Positions 49,275-58,039 of a DNA stretch of 64,000 bases are shown here, piece by piece. Each line of letters begins with the position of its first letter. The stretch's first letter is position 1. Both the position numbers and the translations under genes were made by a program. A model generated the notes under the pieces. The model was not told the origin of the DNA and searched no databases. It saw only the letters and a program-made list of their open reading frames with translations. The DNA comes from a virus (lineage: Duplodnaviria > Heunggongvirae > Uroviricota > Caudoviricetes), in the IMG/VR virus record IMGVR_UViG_3300033066_001253, positions 77,223-141,222 of that record; one strand, written 5' to 3'.

Positions 49275-49406
49275 CGATTCTCAAGGTTTTTGAAAAATCT
49301 CGCAATATGTATATCAGAATATGTTGCCATTTCTATGCAACATTCTTTAAATTAATCCCCATTACGTTTCTTAATAAACGTACTCCACAAACCAATTTTT
49401 GAGGAA

Positions 49407-50411
49407 ATGAAAAACACAAACAGAGACCTCTTTGCTGAGGCAATCGCTGATGCTACCGCTGTTAAAAAAATGGCAATAGCAAATGCAAAAGCTGCTTTGG
49501 AAGAATCTTTTACTCCTCACCTAACACAAATGTTATCAGCTAAACTACAAGAAATGGAATCTGAAGAAGAAACCGTGGATGAAGTTGAAGATGTAACAGA
49601 AGTTGAAGTGAGCGAAACAGAAGATGTTACTGAAACAGAAACAACAGTAGATGAAGAAATGGATTTAGACGAACTTTTAGCTGAATTAGAATCAGAAGAA
49701 GTAGAAGAATCTATTGATTTAAATGAAGTTGAAGACGAAACTGAAGAATCAGAAGATGAAACTGAAACTGAAGATGCTGAAGAAGCCGAAACAGAAGAAG
49801 ATGAACCTTTAAATTTAGAAGATATGTCTGAAGATGATTTAAAAGCAGTAATCGAAGACGTTATTAAAGACATGGTAGCAGCGGGTGATATAGAAGCTGG
49901 ACATGAAGGTATGGAAGACGAAACTGAAACTGAGGTTGAAGTTAACGATGAAGATGAAGTAAGTATAGATGAAATTTTAGCTGAAATTGAAGCAATTGAT
50001 GAAGCTAAAAAGAAAAAAACAGTAGTTAAAAAAGACGAAGATAAAGAAAAACTGAAAAAAGAGCTTAAAGAAGCTAAAGAAGCAGTTGATTCATTAAGTC
50101 ATGATTTAAACGAAGTTAATCTATTAAATGCTAAATTGCTTTATGTTAATAAAATCTTCAAATCTAAAAATTTGAATGAAAACCAAAAAGTAAAAGTAAT
50201 CACGTCCTTTGATAAAGCTAAAACAGTAAAAGAAACCAAATTGGTTTACGAAACTATTTTAGAAAGTTTAAAAGAGAAAAAAGTATCTCCAATTAATGAA
50301 TCAAGAGGTTTCGCTTCTAAAGCAACCGGAAATTCAACAAAAGGAACTACTCCAATCTTAGAATCAAATGAAATGGTAAATCGTTTCAAAGTATTAGCAG
50401 GAATTAAATAA
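49407..50411 (+). CDS. Prohead scaffold/core protein (T4 gp22-like)
   Basis: Very acidic coiled coil between protease and MCP; EVNLLNAKLLYVNKIF; C-terminal NRFKVLAGIK. Confidence 0.85.
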   Translation: MKNTNRDLFAEAIADATAVKKMAIANAKAALEESFTPHLTQMLSAKLQEMESEEETVDEVEDVTEVEVSETEDVTETETTVDEEMDLDELLAELESEEVEESIDLNEVEDETEESEDETETEDAEEAETEEDEPLNLEDMSEDDLKAVIEDVIKDMVAAGDIEAGHEGMEDETETEVEVNDEDEVSIDEILAEIEAIDEAKKKKTVVKKDEDKEKLKKELKEAKEAVDSLSHDLNEVNLLNAKLLYVNKIFKSKNLNENQKVKVITSFDKAKTVKETKLVYETILESLKEKKVSPINESRGFASKATGNSTKGTTPILESNEMVNRFKVLAGIK

Positions 50412-50445
50412 AAACAAACAATTAAAAACAATTTAAAAAACAAAA

Positions 50446-52089
50446 ATGAGTACAATCAATTCATTATTAGAAAGTGCCAACCCATATAAGTCATTGCAAA
50501 ATGATGCTGCTAGATTAGCAGGAAAATGGGTTAAAACAGGCCTATTGGAAGGTATGAGTACCGAAACCGATAAAAACAACATGTCAATGATTCTTGAGAA
50601 TCAGGCAAAACAATTAGTAGTTGAATCATCTCAAACAGGTGCAGGAACAGCAGGAGCTGCTTTTACAACTGGAGTAGGTGAACAATGGGCTGGTGTAGCT
50701 TTACCATTAGTACGTAAAGTATTTGGACAAATTGCAGCGAAAGAATTCGTTTCAGTTCAACCAATGAATTTACCTTCTGGTCTAATTTTCTACCTAGATT
50801 TCCAATATGGTACAACTAATTCTCCATTTGCTGCAGCTGGTGCTTCTGGTTTCTATGGAACTGAGTCATTATATGGTAACACAAATCCAGGTGCTACAAC
50901 AGCTGCAAATGGTGGTTTATATGGTGCAGGTCGTTTTAGTTATACTATTAACAACACTTCATCTATTGTAACTGCTACAGTAGCAACAGCTTCTTGGGCT
51001 AACTTTAATTTCGATTCTAATTATTCAGCTTCTGCTGCTTCATTACAATGGAAAACTTTAGCTGTAACTTTAGATGCTAAAGCAGATTTCAACGGATCTC
51101 GTGCATTTACATTAGTATCTCAATCAGCTCTTGGTTTAAATGCTGCTGATATCCAAGCTGCTTATACAACTTTCGCTGGAACTACTGTTACTTTCTTAGT
51201 TACTGGTTCTAAAGTAGGTCAAGTTGCAACTTTAGCTAACGTAACAGCTTCATTCCAATTACAACCAACTGATCAATTACGTGGTGATTTTGAAGATGGA
51301 AACACTTCATTAAACAGTTTAAACAACCCAATCGCTATCCCTGAAATCAACATTAAGTTGAAATCTGAAGCAATCGTTGCTAAAACACGTAAGTTGAAAG
51401 CTGTTTGGACTCCTGAGTTCTCTCAAGATTTAAATGCTTACCATGCTTTAGATGCTGAAGCTGAATTAACTTCTATTATGTCTGAATATATCTCTTTAGA
51501 GATTGACTTAGAAATTATGGATATGTTGATCGCAAACGCTTCTGCAGTTACTGAATATTGGTCAGCAGTTAATAACCAAGCATTGGATTCAACAGGTATC
51601 ACAAATAGTAACTTAGGTTTCTATAACACTCAAGGTGGTTGGTATCAAACATTAGGTACTAAGATTAACAAAGTATCTAATATTATTCACCAAAAAACAC
51701 TTCGTGGTGGTGCTACTTTCTTAGTATGTTCTCCTACAGTAGCAACAATCCTAGAATCAATCCCAGGATTTGCAGCTGATAATAGTGCAGAAGCTACTAA
51801 AATGAAGTATGCATTTGGTGTACAAAAAGTAGGTCAAATGAATGGACGTTACCAAGTATACAAAAATCCATACATGACTGAAAACACAATCCTATTAGGA
51901 TTCCGTGGATCTCAATTCTTGGAAACAGGTGCTGTATTTGCTCCATATGTTCCATTAATCATGACTCCATTAGTTTATGATCCAGATACATTCACTCCAC
52001 GTAAAGGTTTATTGACTCGTTACGCGAAGAAAATGGTAAGGTCAGAATTTTATGGAAAGATTTATGTAAGCGGTTTAAATACTCTTTAA
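50446..52089 (+). CDS. gp23: Major capsid protein (T4 gp23-like)
   Basis: VSVQPMNLPSGLIFYLD, AKTRKLKAVWTPEFSQDLNAYH, EIDLEI, YAPY-like FAPYVPL, GLLTRYA. Confidence 0.97.
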   Translation: MSTINSLLESANPYKSLQNDAARLAGKWVKTGLLEGMSTETDKNNMSMILENQAKQLVVESSQTGAGTAGAAFTTGVGEQWAGVALPLVRKVFGQIAAKEFVSVQPMNLPSGLIFYLDFQYGTTNSPFAAAGASGFYGTESLYGNTNPGATTAANGGLYGAGRFSYTINNTSSIVTATVATASWANFNFDSNYSASAASLQWKTLAVTLDAKADFNGSRAFTLVSQSALGLNAADIQAAYTTFAGTTVTFLVTGSKVGQVATLANVTASFQLQPTDQLRGDFEDGNTSLNSLNNPIAIPEINIKLKSEAIVAKTRKLKAVWTPEFSQDLNAYHALDAEAELTSIMSEYISLEIDLEIMDMLIANASAVTEYWSAVNNQALDSTGITNSNLGFYNTQGGWYQTLGTKINKVSNIIHQKTLRGGATFLVCSPTVATILESIPGFAADNSAEATKMKYAFGVQKVGQMNGRYQVYKNPYMTENTILLGFRGSQFLETGAVFAPYVPLIMTPLVYDPDTFTPRKGLLTRYAKKMVRSEFYGKIYVSGLNTL

Positions 52090-52113
52090 TAAATAACCTT
52101 TAATTAAATTGAG

Positions 52114-52144
52114 AACCCAACAGAAATGTTGGGTTTTCTTTTTC
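52114..52144 (+). terminator. Intrinsic terminator after MCP
   Basis: AACCCAACA-GAAA-TGTTGGGTT followed by a T-rich tail. Confidence 0.85.
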
Positions 52145-52166
52145 TAATTACTTATTATAAAATTTC

Positions 52167-52195
52167 GTGGATAAATAGTATACTCTACTTATATT
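52167..52195 (+). promoter_or_regulatory. Sigma70-like promoter variant for the pentein/PSD cassette
   Basis: GTGGAT, 17 nt, TATATT; overlaps an ATATTTATA motif. Confidence 0.45.
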
Positions 52196-52221
52196 TATAT
52201 TATATTAATTATTAACGACAA

Positions 52222-53139
52222 ATGATAAAAGAAACACCTTCACAACTCAACATACCAAGTTATGTAATGAATTTTCCATTTAGCTTATCTGCTAAAGAAC
52301 CAAACAATATTTGGATGGAAGAACTTAAACCTGAAGAATTAGAAATTAATCGTCCTAAAGCATATAAACAGTTTATGGATTTATATAATTTTATAGCTGG
52401 TCAAGGATTAGTTTATTTATTACCTAGTAAAGGTGATTTTCAAGATCAAGTATATGTTGCTAATTTAGGTTTACATTTACCTCATATTAAAGATCGTAAT
52501 GTAATGTTATTATCTAATTATACCTCAGAACCAAGACGTGGAGAAGAATGGGTTGGTAAGGAATTTTTTGATATGATGGGTTATGAAACATTTGTATGTC
52601 CATTTAAATGGGAAGGTGAAGCAGATCTTAAATATCTAAAAGATAACATTTATATTGGAGGGTATGGACAACGTTCAACTTTAGAAGCATATGAATGGAT
52701 GGAAAAACAATTTGATATGAAAATTATTAAATTAGAAATGATTGAACCTTATTTATATCATTTAGATTGTTCAGTATTTCCGTTAACAAGTGATTCAACT
52801 ATGATTTGCACGTCCTTATATGAACCATCCGAAATAGCTGAGTTAAAACGCTATACTAAAATTATAGACATAAGTGAAGATGATGCCTTTGGAGGTATTA
52901 CTAACTCTGTAAGATTGGGTAATATGATTTTATGTGCTTCAAACATTTCTGAATTGAAAAAAGGAGAAGAATTATATGATTTAGAAAAACATAAAATTAA
53001 TACTTTAGAGAAAATTTGCGGAGGTGAGGGAATGGAATGTGCTATATTTAATCTTTCAGAATTCATGAAAAGTGGTGCTCTTCTCTCTTGTATGATACAA
53101 ATGTTAAATCGCGTAGATATCCAGAAAAAATTAATTTAA
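52222..53139 (+). CDS. Pentein-superfamily amidino hydrolase (arginine dihydrolase/DDAH-like)
   Basis: QDQVYVANLG, RRGEE, WEGEAD, GYGQRS, YHLDC, SEFMKSGALLSC; Asp-His-Cys residues present. Confidence 0.85.
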   Translation: MIKETPSQLNIPSYVMNFPFSLSAKEPNNIWMEELKPEELEINRPKAYKQFMDLYNFIAGQGLVYLLPSKGDFQDQVYVANLGLHLPHIKDRNVMLLSNYTSEPRRGEEWVGKEFFDMMGYETFVCPFKWEGEADLKYLKDNIYIGGYGQRSTLEAYEWMEKQFDMKIIKLEMIEPYLYHLDCSVFPLTSDSTMICTSLYEPSEIAELKRYTKIIDISEDDAFGGITNSVRLGNMILCASNISELKKGEELYDLEKHKINTLEKICGGEGMECAIFNLSEFMKSGALLSCMIQMLNRVDIQKKLI

Positions 53140-53270
53140 TGAAAAATAAAGTTATAGATACTTGGAATAAAGATAAAATAGTTTATGAGGGGACTTATGA
53201 ACAATGTTTAAATTATATTAGAGGTAATAACATTTATCAAAGTAATTATTCCAAATTAAAATTATTATGA
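53139..53270 (+). CDS. 43-aa hypothetical protein
   Basis: MKNKVIDTWNKDKIVYEGTYEQCLNYIRG...; TAATG and ATGA couplings to both neighbours. Confidence 0.55.
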   Translation: MKNKVIDTWNKDKIVYEGTYEQCLNYIRGNNIYQSNYSKLKLL

Positions 53271-53986
53271 GCAAACCCCTAGAACAATGGATTAAAGAAG
53301 ACATTTCAAAATGTAAGAAAATGAATCTTACAAAATTATCAACTGAATTTTTCTTTAGAGATCCTCAACGTCCCAATTATATTGATAACGAACATTTCTA
53401 CTCACCTTGTGATGGGACTATAATGTATCAAAAATATATAACTGATACAAAAGATAAAGTAGTTGAAATAAAAGGTATAAATTATACATTACAAGATGTT
53501 ATAGGAGATAAAACATATAATAAACCTTCACTTGTTATAGGCGTTTTTTTATCGTTTTATGATCCTCATATAATCCGCATACCTTATGGTGGAGTAGTGC
53601 GTTATAGACAGTTAGAACCGATTGAAAGCACTAATAGACCTATGCTCGCGGTTGAAAAAGATTTATTAAATCAAGCAATTAATCCTGATAATATGGATTA
53701 TCTAAAGTATAATGAAAGGATGTTAGTTGAAGTTTACTCACCATCTTTAGATTATACTTATTATGTTACTTTAATTGCTGATGAAGATGTAAATGTAATT
53801 TGTCCATTTACCTTAAATCAAAATGAATTATTTTCACAGAATCAGAGGTTTGCATTAGTTCGCTGGGGCTCACAATCAGAGTTGATATTACCTTTTGATG
53901 AAAGATATGATTTTGAATTATGTCAAGAAGATACGTGGCATATTGAAGCTGGTTTAGATAAATTAGTAAAAATAAAATATAATTAA
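53267..53986 (+). CDS. Phosphatidylserine decarboxylase-family pyruvoyl enzyme, no obvious membrane anchor
   Basis: FFRDP.R, SPCDG, FLSFYDPHIIRIP, ER, RFALVRWGSQ; D-H-S self-cleavage triad. Confidence 0.8.
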   Translation: MSKPLEQWIKEDISKCKKMNLTKLSTEFFFRDPQRPNYIDNEHFYSPCDGTIMYQKYITDTKDKVVEIKGINYTLQDVIGDKTYNKPSLVIGVFLSFYDPHIIRIPYGGVVRYRQLEPIESTNRPMLAVEKDLLNQAINPDNMDYLKYNERMLVEVYSPSLDYTYYVTLIADEDVNVICPFTLNQNELFSQNQRFALVRWGSQSELILPFDERYDFELCQEDTWHIEAGLDKLVKIKYN

Positions 53987-54006
53987 TATTTATAAACAAA
54001 AAATTT

Positions 54007-54696
54007 ATGTCTCAACCAAATAATGAAGAAGTTTTTGCTAATAAGAAAAAACCTAAAGGAGAAATCCGATTTAAATTAGAATTTGCAGAAGATCAGAAAA
54101 ACGCTAAGAAAGCAATTTTAGGAAGTCCTGTAGCAGTTATTGATGGTAAAGCTGGTAGTGGTAAAACAACATTAGCCTCCCAAATAGCCTTAGATTTATT
54201 ATTTAAAAAAGAAATAGAAAAAATAATTATTGCTCGTCCATTTGTTACAGCTGGAGAAGATATTGGTTATCTTCCAGGTGGAGTTGATCAAAAATTAGAA
54301 TATCTTACTTATCCTATTTATGATATTATGAATTCATTGATAGGTAATACTGAGAAAGTAGAAAAAATGATCAAAGAAAATCAAATTAAGGTAATTCCTA
54401 TTGGTTTTCTTAGAGGTCATACTTTTAATGATAGTTTAATTATAATTGATGAAGCTCAAAACTGTACTAAAAAACAAACTGAATTAATATTAGGAAGATT
54501 AGGAACTACTTCAAAACTTTTATTTTGTGGAGATGTAACTCAATGTGATTTAAAATCACCATTAGATTCAGGTATGCGTTTATTACTAGATTTATCTAAG
54601 AATGTAAAGAGAGTTTCTTATGTTAAATTAACTCAAAATCATAGACATGAGGTTGTAGATGAAATTTTAGAGTATATTAAAATTAATAGTCTTTAA
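54007..54696 (+). CDS. phoH: PhoH-family ATPase
   Basis: GKAGSGKT, ARPFV, GYLPG, FLRGHTF, IIDEAQN, RLG, GDVTQCD, NHRH. Confidence 0.92.
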   Translation: MSQPNNEEVFANKKKPKGEIRFKLEFAEDQKNAKKAILGSPVAVIDGKAGSGKTTLASQIALDLLFKKEIEKIIIARPFVTAGEDIGYLPGGVDQKLEYLTYPIYDIMNSLIGNTEKVEKMIKENQIKVIPIGFLRGHTFNDSLIIIDEAQNCTKKQTELILGRLGTTSKLLFCGDVTQCDLKSPLDSGMRLLLDLSKNVKRVSYVKLTQNHRHEVVDEILEYIKINSL

Positions 54697-54794
54697 AATG
54701 AAATGAAAAAAGGTTTATAGTAATGAGTAAAAATCTGAAACCTCGAAATACCCATTAAGATCGACATTAGTTACTCTTATTCATTTTAAAAATT

Positions 54795-54820
54795 AAACCA
54801 CTCCCACGAGTGGTTTTTTT
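54795..54820 (+). terminator. Intrinsic terminator
   Basis: AAACCACTC-CCAC-GAGTGGTTT followed by TTTT. Confidence 0.85.
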
Positions 54821-54860
54821 GTCTCCTCCAATATTTATAATAAATCAAACTACATTATAG

Positions 54861-55241
54861 ATGTCCGCAGGAAGGTATTCATTTGTTATAGAACAAGGAT
54901 CAACATTAAGTTTCCAACTCCAATATAAAGATTCTGATGGAAACCCAATTAATTTATCCAATTATGGAGGAAGAATGCAAATTCGTCCAACATTACCTTC
55001 CTCAACAGTTTATATAACTTTAAGTAGTTCATTACAACCTGATGGAACAGGTTTAAATTTTAGTGGATCTAATGGATCTACTGATCCTATGTCTGGTTCA
55101 ATAGGTTTATATATTTCAGCTGCTTCATCTTCAGCATTTGATTTTGATACAGCAGTATATGATTTAGAAATATATTCAGGAAGCACAGTAAATAGAATTT
55201 TAGAAGGTCAAATTAAATTATCTAAAGAAGTAACTCGATAA
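54861..55241 (+). CDS. Virion structural protein (Ig-like, BppU-type)
   Basis: IEQGSTL...PINLSNY.GRMQIR...YDLEI...RILEGQI. Confidence 0.6.
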   Translation: MSAGRYSFVIEQGSTLSFQLQYKDSDGNPINLSNYGGRMQIRPTLPSSTVYITLSSSLQPDGTGLNFSGSNGSTDPMSGSIGLYISAASSSAFDFDTAVYDLEIYSGSTVNRILEGQIKLSKEVTR

Positions 55242-56692
55242 TGTCAGGACCACATCCTATCAATATTACCCCAAATAATAATGAGGTTGTTTTCAATAAT
55301 GTAAACAATCATATTACTATTACCAATAATGTTGATCATAATGTTGTTGAAATAATTCAACCTGTAACATCAGTAGTAGAAATTAGTACTGGTCCTCAAG
55401 GATTAAGAGGAGATACTGTTGTGGCTACAACAGGTTCCTTTACTGGAAGTTTTACAGGTTCATTTGTTGGAAATGGAGAAGGAATATTTAGTGGATCATT
55501 TATAGGAATAGCAGTTAGTGCTAGTTATGCTAATACATCTTCTTATTCTATTTTATCTGAAACATCATCCTTAGCTATAAGTTCATCTTTTAGTTCTACT
55601 GCTAGTTATTTTATAGAACAAGATCCAATATTTAATTCTAAATCAGGAAGTTTTTTATTAACTTCTTCATTTAATTCTTTTACTAGTTCTTATAATACAG
55701 GTTCATTTACTGGTTCATTTATAGGAAATTCAAATGGAACTTCAAGTTGGAGTAATAATACATTAACCGCTTCATATTACGGAGGTTCAGTAATTACTTC
55801 ATCTTATTCTTCAACTTCATCTAATGCTTTAAGCTCAAGTTATGCTTTAACTGCTTCATTTGCTTTAAATAGTGGAGCTACTATAGATACAGGTTCATTA
55901 GTAAAAACATCTTCATTCAATCCATTTACAGCTAGTATAAATTTATTTACTAGTTCATATAACACAGGTTCTTTTACAGGAAGTTTTACTGGAAGTTTTA
56001 TTGGAACCTTTACAGGTAGTTTACAAGGAACTTCATCCTGGTCAAATAACTCTTTAACAGCATCTTATGTAGCTAATGCTTCATCTTTTCCATATACTGG
56101 AAGTGCAATAATAACAGGAAGTTTAATTGTTACAGGATCTATAATAGGAAATTTTACAGGATCATTACAGGGAACATCATCTTGGTCTAATAATTCCCTA
56201 ACAGCTTCATATATATCTAATGCCCCTATAATAATATATTCCTCAACAACAGATAGTACAGCTACAAATTCAACTAATAATACTTTATGTACAGGAGTAT
56301 TAATCCCAGCTAATACTTTTGATTCTACTAAAAGATTAAGAGCATTAGTAAGAACTAGAAAATCTGCTACTAATGGAACCCTTACTTTACGTGTATATGT
56401 AAATAGCACTAATGATTTATCTGGAGCCACTTTGTTAGCAACATACGCTTCTGCGGCTAGTCACCAATTTGTTACATGCGCGTTCAATTTCCCTTTTAAA
56501 AGCAGTACTACGATTGAAAGGTTTAGTGCAACTTTTTCGATTGTAACAGATGAACAGGCAGGGGGTATTGGATTAGCTCCCGTTACGTTTACATTTGATA
56601 GTACCGCTAATAGATATTTGATTTTTGCACTCCAAAACTCAAGTGCTTCTGATAGTTCAGTAATCTCTTATCTAACGGTAGAAAAATTATGA
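55241..56692 (+). CDS. Fibre-like protein with GSFTGSF repeats
   Basis: GPQGLRGD collagen-like triplets; repeated GSFTGSF and GTSSWSNNxLTASY units; distinct C-terminal domain. Confidence 0.65.
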   Translation: MSGPHPINITPNNNEVVFNNVNNHITITNNVDHNVVEIIQPVTSVVEISTGPQGLRGDTVVATTGSFTGSFTGSFVGNGEGIFSGSFIGIAVSASYANTSSYSILSETSSLAISSSFSSTASYFIEQDPIFNSKSGSFLLTSSFNSFTSSYNTGSFTGSFIGNSNGTSSWSNNTLTASYYGGSVITSSYSSTSSNALSSSYALTASFALNSGATIDTGSLVKTSSFNPFTASINLFTSSYNTGSFTGSFTGSFIGTFTGSLQGTSSWSNNSLTASYVANASSFPYTGSAIITGSLIVTGSIIGNFTGSLQGTSSWSNNSLTASYISNAPIIIYSSTTDSTATNSTNNTLCTGVLIPANTFDSTKRLRALVRTRKSATNGTLTLRVYVNSTNDLSGATLLATYASAASHQFVTCAFNFPFKSSTTIERFSATFSIVTDEQAGGIGLAPVTFTFDSTANRYLIFALQNSSASDSSVISYLTVEKL

Positions 56693-56850
56693 ATATAGAT
56701 TCAAAAAATATTAAAACATTTATAGAAATAGATTCATTATCATTCATGATAGAATATATTACAGGTGAAATAATAAATTATTATTATTCAGATATAACTA
56801 TAAATAATAAAAAATATGAAAATTTTAATTCTTTACCCCAAACAGATTAA
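56689..56850 (+). CDS. 53-aa hypothetical protein (possible fibre chaperone; absent from ORF track)
   Basis: Hand-translated MNIDSKNIKTFIEIDSLSFMIEYITGEIINYYYSDITINNKKYENFNSLPQTD; ATGA overlap with the fibre stop. Confidence 0.5.
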   Translation: MNIDSKNIKTFIEIDSLSFMIEYITGEIINYYYSDITINNKKYENFNSLPQTD

Positions 56851-56871
56851 TATTTATAATAAATCCAAATA

Positions 56872-58038
56872 ATGGCAAATATTCCTATATATCCAGGCTC
56901 ATCATCATTTTTTCCAGGTAATACACCCTTTGGATTTTATGACAATGATTATCAGTTTCAAACTGATGCTGATAAAGTAACAACATTTTGTTCAAGACGT
57001 CTAGGATATCCATTAGTAGAAGTTGAATTACAAGATTTAAATTTTTATACTGCTTTTGAAGAAGCAGTTACAACTTATGGAAATGAATTGTATGCTTATA
57101 AAATAAAACAAGATTTTTTATCTTTAGAAGGAGCATCAACTGGATCTAATTTTAATAATACTTTAATTACTCCTAATTTTGCAGGTATTGTTAGATTATC
57201 TCAACAGTATGGAGAAGAAGCAGGAGTTGGTGGAAAAACAACTTGGTATAGAGGAATAATTCCTTTAACAGCAAGTGTTCAAGATTATGATATGTCTGCT
57301 TGGGCTATTGCTAATAACATAACAGGAGGAATAGAAGTAAAAAGAATATTTTATGAATCTGCTCCTCCAAATGCAACATTTTTTGCCGGAATAGGTGTAA
57401 ATGGTTTAATGGATAGTTTTGGATGGGGTAATTATTCAACAGCTGTAAATTATCTTATGATGCCTCTTAGTTATAATCTTCAATCTCTTCAAGCAATTGA
57501 TATGAATAACCAAGTTAGGAGATCTCAATATAGTTTTGAATTAATAAATAATAAATTAAGAATATTCCCAGTTCCAGGAGAAATAGGAACTGATTTAACA
57601 TCTTCTATTTCATCATCTGGAGGGTATGCTTTCTTTCAATATATAAAATTAGATGAAAGAAATGATCCATCTGCAGGTAATAATAATGGAGGTTTAGTTA
57701 CAAATGTTTCAAATGTCCCATTTACAAATCCAATTTATTCTCAAATTAATTCAATTGGTCGCCAATGGATTTTCGAATATACTTTAGCATTATGTAAAGA
57801 GATGTTAGGATATATTAGAGGTAAATATCAAACAGTCCCAATTCCAGGTGCTGAAACAACTTTAAATCATGGGGATTTAATAACAGCTGCAACTGATGAA
57901 AAAAATAGATTAGTTGAAAGATTAAGAGCTTATTTTGATGAAACTTCAAGACAAAAATTAATGGAAGCTAAAGCATTAGAAATAGATAGTACTCAAAAAT
58001 CATTAACCATGGTTCCACTTACCATTTTCGTAGGCTAA
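56872..58038 (+). CDS. Neck protein (T4 gp13-like)
   Basis: RRLGYPLVEVEL motif; WIFEYTLALCKEMLG..RGKY; neck-module position. Confidence 0.7.
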   Translation: MANIPIYPGSSSFFPGNTPFGFYDNDYQFQTDADKVTTFCSRRLGYPLVEVELQDLNFYTAFEEAVTTYGNELYAYKIKQDFLSLEGASTGSNFNNTLITPNFAGIVRLSQQYGEEAGVGGKTTWYRGIIPLTASVQDYDMSAWAIANNITGGIEVKRIFYESAPPNATFFAGIGVNGLMDSFGWGNYSTAVNYLMMPLSYNLQSLQAIDMNNQVRRSQYSFELINNKLRIFPVPGEIGTDLTSSISSSGGYAFFQYIKLDERNDPSAGNNNGGLVTNVSNVPFTNPIYSQINSIGRQWIFEYTLALCKEMLGYIRGKYQTVPIPGAETTLNHGDLITAATDEKNRLVERLRAYFDETSRQKLMEAKALEIDSTQKSLTMVPLTIFVG

Positions 58039-58039
58039 T

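Noticed and set aside
38786-50411. D/E-rich GAA/GAT tracts as DNA repeat arrays
   Set aside because: They are explained by acidic low-complexity protein sequence in scaffold and core-type proteins.
54720-54775. Hammerhead ribozyme-like core (GUAAUGAG...CUCGAAA)
   Set aside because: It differs from CUGANGA at conserved positions and no stem III with a UH cleavage site can be formed.
54795-54816. Resemblance of AAACCACTC...GAGTGG to the c-di-GMP-I riboswitch P2
   Set aside because: The GGCAAA/GACGCAAAG context is missing; a plain terminator explains it.
55241-56692. Diversity-generating retroelement target in the fibre gene
   Set aside because: No reverse transcriptase or template/variable repeat pair differing at adenines was seen; the repeats differ at synonymous positions.
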